Part shown: piece by piece, positions 61,007 to 64,000 of the stretch
How positions within the stretch are numbered: the stretch's first letter is position 1
Layout of the letters: every line of letters begins with the position of its first letter
Assembly: GCA_965204735.1 (NCBI GenBank)
Contig: OZ242008.1
Coordinates: 800,001-864,000, forward strand
Length of the DNA: 64,000 bases
From: Longimicrobiales bacterium
Lineage (GTDB): Bacteria > Gemmatimonadota > Gemmatimonadetes > Longimicrobiales > Gaopeijiaceae
Reading direction: 5' to 3'
Position numbers and translations under genes: made by a program
Notes under the pieces: model-generated
The model's input: only the letters and a program-made list of their open reading frames with translations
What the model was told of the DNA's origin: nothing
Database searches by the model: none

Positions 61007-62173
61007 TTACTCCAGGACCTCGGCGAGGGCCGCCGCCACCTGGGCCAGCTCCTCCTTTGCAACCACCAAGGGGGGCAGCAGGCGGATCACGGTGGGTCCG
61101 GCCGGCAGGGCGAGCACGCCGCGCTCCGCCAGACGGTCCAGATAGGGCCGGCAGCGCTCCCGGAGTTCGACGCCGATCATCAGTCCGACCTGACGCACGG
61201 CGCGGACCCGGGCTCTACGCGGGGTCAGGACCTCCGTCAGCCGCTCCCGAAACCACGCGCCCAGTGCCTCGGCGCGCTCGGCCAGCGCTTCCTGCTCCAT
61301 GAAGCCGATGGCGGCCAGCGCCGCGGCGCACGCCAGGGGGCTGCCGGCCGACGTGGTCCCGTGCTTGCCGACCATCGCCGGCACTCGGTCGCCGGCCAGG
61401 ACTGCGCCCAAGGGCACCCCTCCGGCGATCGCCTTGGCCAGGCACATGAGGTCCGGGACGACGCCGTGGCGTTCGCAGGCGAACATCCGCCCAGTGCGGC
61501 AGAACCCGGTCTGCACCTCGTCGAACACCAGCATGGCGCCGGCCTCGTCGCAGATACGCCGGACCGCCCGCAGGTAGCCTTCGCTCGCGGGCCGAACGCC
61601 GCCCTCGCCCTGGACGGGTTCCAGCACCACGGCGGCGGTCTCGTCGCTCATGGCTTCCCGCATCTTGCCGACGTTGTCGAAGGGCACGAAGGAGAAGCCG
61701 GGCACGAGAGGGGCGAAGGGACGCCGGTACGCGTCCTTGTAGGTGGCGCTGAGGGCGCCCATGGTCCGCCCATGAAAGCCCCGCATGGCCGACACGACCA
61801 TTGCGCGGCCCGTCGCGGCCCGAGCGAACTTCAGGGCCGCCTCCACGGCCTCGGCGCCGGAGTTGCACAGGAACGCCCGCTCCAGGCCGGACGGCGCGAT
61901 CGAGACCAGCTTCTCCATGAGGGCCGCCCGCTGGTCGTTGCCGAAGATTCCCGGACACGACACCAGCTTGCGCGCCTGCTCGGCCACCGCCTCTGCCACG
62001 ACCGGATTCGCGTGGCCCACGTTCGCGACGCCGATCCCCGACACGCAGTCCACGTAGCGCCGCCCCCGGTCGTCCTCGACCGTCGCCCCGCGGCCCCGCA
62101 CCAGGGTGATCCCCCGGGCCGGATAGACCTGCAGGCCGTACCGCTCCTCGGCCTGCGCCGCCGGAAGGCTCAA
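61007..62173 (-). CDS. lysJ: Class III aminotransferase, LysJ/ArgD type
   Basis: NSGAEAVEAALK, FHGRT, EPVQGEGG, DEVQTG, AKAIAGG, RLLPPL; TTG start overlaps the lysZ stop. Confidence 0.78.
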   Translation of the reverse strand: MSLPAAQAEERYGLQVYPARGITLVRGRGATVEDDRGRRYVDCVSGIGVANVGHANPVVAEAVAEQARKLVSCPGIFGNDQRAALMEKLVSIAPSGLERAFLCNSGAEAVEAALKFARAATGRAMVVSAMRGFHGRTMGALSATYKDAYRRPFAPLVPGFSFVPFDNVGKMREAMSDETAAVVLEPVQGEGGVRPASEGYLRAVRRICDEAGAMLVFDEVQTGFCRTGRMFACERHGVVPDLMCLAKAIAGGVPLGAVLAGDRVPAMVGKHGTTSAGSPLACAAALAAIGFMEQEALAERAEALGAWFRERLTEVLTPRRARVRAVRQVGLMIGVELRERCRPYLDRLAERGVLALPAGPTVIRLLPPLVVAKEELAQVAAALAEVLE

Positions 62174-62967
62174 GCGATCAGCGTCCCCCGACCGGCCAGG
62201 GCGTCCTGCACGGGGTGCTCCGTTCGTCCGTCGGCGATCACGACCCGGGCGCCCCGTCGCGCTCCCAGGCGCTTGATGGCGAGCATCTTGCGCTTCATTC
62301 GCCCCGTCGCCTCCGCCTCGCGCTCCGCCAGCTCGGCCCACGTCATGCGCGGCACCAGCGAGGCCACGTCCCTCGGGTCCTCCAAGTACCCCGGCGCCTC
62401 GACGAGATGGATCACGACGTCCGGCTTCAGCGTCGCGTCCAGGAGCGCCACGATCTCGTCGTTCTCCGAGTTGACCGCCACGCCCTGCTCGTCCACGATC
62501 GGCACCGTCAGCACCGGGGCGAAGCCGTTGTCCAGCAGAAGGCCCAGGAGCTTGCGGTTGACCACCACCGGCTTGCCCGACAAGTCCCTGCGAATCAGCG
62601 TCTTCTCGCCTTCCCGGACGCGGATTCCCCTGTTGCGTCGGCCCCGCACCAGGGCGCCGTCCAGTCCCGTCAAGCCGACGGCGTTGACTCCGTGCTGCTG
62701 GAGCGCCTCGACGAAGCGCTTGTTGCGCAAGCCGGCGTAGGCCATGAGGAGGAGGTCGATCGCATCGTTGTCGGAGAACACGCTGTCGTAGCCCGACACG
62801 GAGGTGACGACCCGCTTCTCCATGCCGAGGCGGCGGGCCAGCGAATCACGCAAGGCGTTGGCGCCGTGAACGACGACCAGGGAGGCGTCGTCCACCAACC
62901 CCAGGTCGGCGGCGACGGTCTCCAGGTCCACGGACTCGCCGCCCCCGACCTTTACCAGCAGCTTCAT
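62170..62967 (-). CDS. lysZ: [LysW]-aminoadipate/glutamate kinase (LysZ/ArgB family)
   Basis: VVHGAN, VTSVSGYDS, AVGLTGLDG, GEKTLIRRDLSGK, GRMKRK. Confidence 0.8.
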   Translation of the reverse strand: MKLLVKVGGGESVDLETVAADLGLVDDASLVVVHGANALRDSLARRLGMEKRVVTSVSGYDSVFSDNDAIDLLLMAYAGLRNKRFVEALQQHGVNAVGLTGLDGALVRGRRNRGIRVREGEKTLIRRDLSGKPVVVNRKLLGLLLDNGFAPVLTVPIVDEQGVAVNSENDEIVALLDATLKPDVVIHLVEAPGYLEDPRDVASLVPRMTWAELAEREAEATGRMKRKMLAIKRLGARRGARVVIADGRTEHPVQDALAGRGTLIA

Positions 62968-62983
62968 CGGCCTGCGGGGGGCG

Positions 62984-63373
62984 TCAGTTCGTCTTCGAGC
63001 CCGAGAAGGAGCCGGTCATGCCCGCCATCGTCCAGGTTCCCGTCAAGGCGCCTTCCGCTACTTCGAACTCGAGCGTCAACACCCCCTGCGGACCCGAGGC
63101 CTCGATCGTGACCGCTTGTCCCGTCACCATCACCGAGTTGATCGGGACTGCCGGGAACATGTCGCTCTGAAGCGATCCGGTGTAGGCCCCTTCGGACCCC
63201 TCGATCGTCATCGTTCCGGACACCGTCATTCCCTCGACGCCGGCGCTGTACAGATAGCTCCCGACGGGATCGAAGGGGGGCGGGCCCGAGGGACCGCTGG
63301 CGCAGGCCGCGGCCAGAAGGGTGAAGAAGAAAAGGGCGATCGTGGCGCTCCTGCTCGTCGACGGCCGGGTCAT
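62984..63373 (-). CDS. Small hypothetical lipoprotein
   Basis: LAAAC lipobox after a hydrophobic stretch; beta-rich body; AGGAG upstream of ATG. Confidence 0.72.
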   Translation of the reverse strand: MTRPSTSRSATIALFFFTLLAAACASGPSGPPPFDPVGSYLYSAGVEGMTVSGTMTIEGSEGAYTGSLQSDMFPAVPINSVMVTGQAVTIEASGPQGVLTLEFEVAEGALTGTWTMAGMTGSFSGSKTN

Positions 63374-63528
63374 CCGCTGTGCTCCTTGGCTGGCGGGGGG
63401 TTGGTCCCTGGCCCCGGCGCGTGGAAAGGCAAGGTCCTGCGAGGAGGCTTGCCGCCGCCGAGCCGGGAGCTCCCTGGAGTTGTGAAGGAAGTGGATAGTG
63501 GAAGCGAACGGGCGGCAACGCAAATCCA

Positions 63529-64000
63529 TCAACCCCCGGGGGAAGGCGCGGGGGACGGATGCCGCCACGTCGGCACGGCTGCGGGGTCCACGCCGTGGCG
63601 CAGGGCGAAGTCGTCGATCAGCGTCCTGGCAATGCTGTAGGAAGGCGGGACGGGGGGCAGCGCCTCCGCCCGAAACCAGGCCACGTCCTCGAGTTCGTCG
63701 TCGCGAGGCGCCGGGGAGCCGCTGGCCCACTCCGCCGTGAAGCCGACCATCAGCGAGTCGGGGAAGGGCCACGGCTGGCTGCCGAAGTAGCGGACGTTCG
63801 TCACCTGTACGCCGGACTCCTCCGCGATCTCTCGTCGCACTGCGTCCTCCAGGCTCTCGCCGGGGTCCACGAAGCCCGCCAGCACCGAGTACGAGCCGGG
63901 CGGGTGGCGGTGCGACCGCCCCAGCAGGATCCGACCACCGCGGACGACCTGCACGATCACGGCCGGCGAGACCCTCGGGAAGACGAGGTGGCCGCAGGCG
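63529..64000 (-). CDS. nudC: NAD(H) diphosphatase, 5' end outside window
   Basis: FPRVSPAVI, Nudix box [29 protein letters not shown] signature. Confidence 0.92.
   Translation of the reverse strand, partial: ACGHLVFPRVSPAVIVQVVRGGRILLGRSHRHPPGSYSVLAGFVDPGESLEDAVRREIAEESGVQVTNVRYFGSQPWPFPDSLMVGFTAEWASGSPAPRDDELEDVAWFRAEALPPVPPSYSIARTLIDDFALRHGVDPAAVPTWRHPSPAPSPGG

Overview
High-GC bacterial chromosome segment. The gene content (SusC/SusD-like pair, VPS10/BNR hydrolase, M14/S15 peptidases, DUF305-LVIVD pair, LysW-type lysZ/lysJ) suggests Gemmatimonadota, but this is an inference. The backbone carries housekeeping genes (queG, tRNA-Asn, infA, ssb, recF-dciA-gyrB, addB-addA, nudC) and many secreted hydrolases and transporters. 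Four two-gene candidate defence cassettes are scattered through it, all on the minus strand: (1) Schlafen/AlbA_2 protein + orphan ParA; (2) ABC-type AAA ATPase + DUF4276-like protein; (3) PLD/HKD nuclease + 880-aa methyltransferase resembling BREX-3 PglXI, with no other BREX gene, which is the best candidate for an undescribed system; (4) beta-class methyltransferase + PD-(D/E)xK nuclease, where the methyltransferase is cleanly split by an ISL3. Mobile DNA comprises an intact IS1202/ISNCY-type element with a 16-bp target duplication, a deleted copy of it nested in the end of the ISL3, and an IS1380 remnant. All family calls come from reading motifs by eye; no searches were run.
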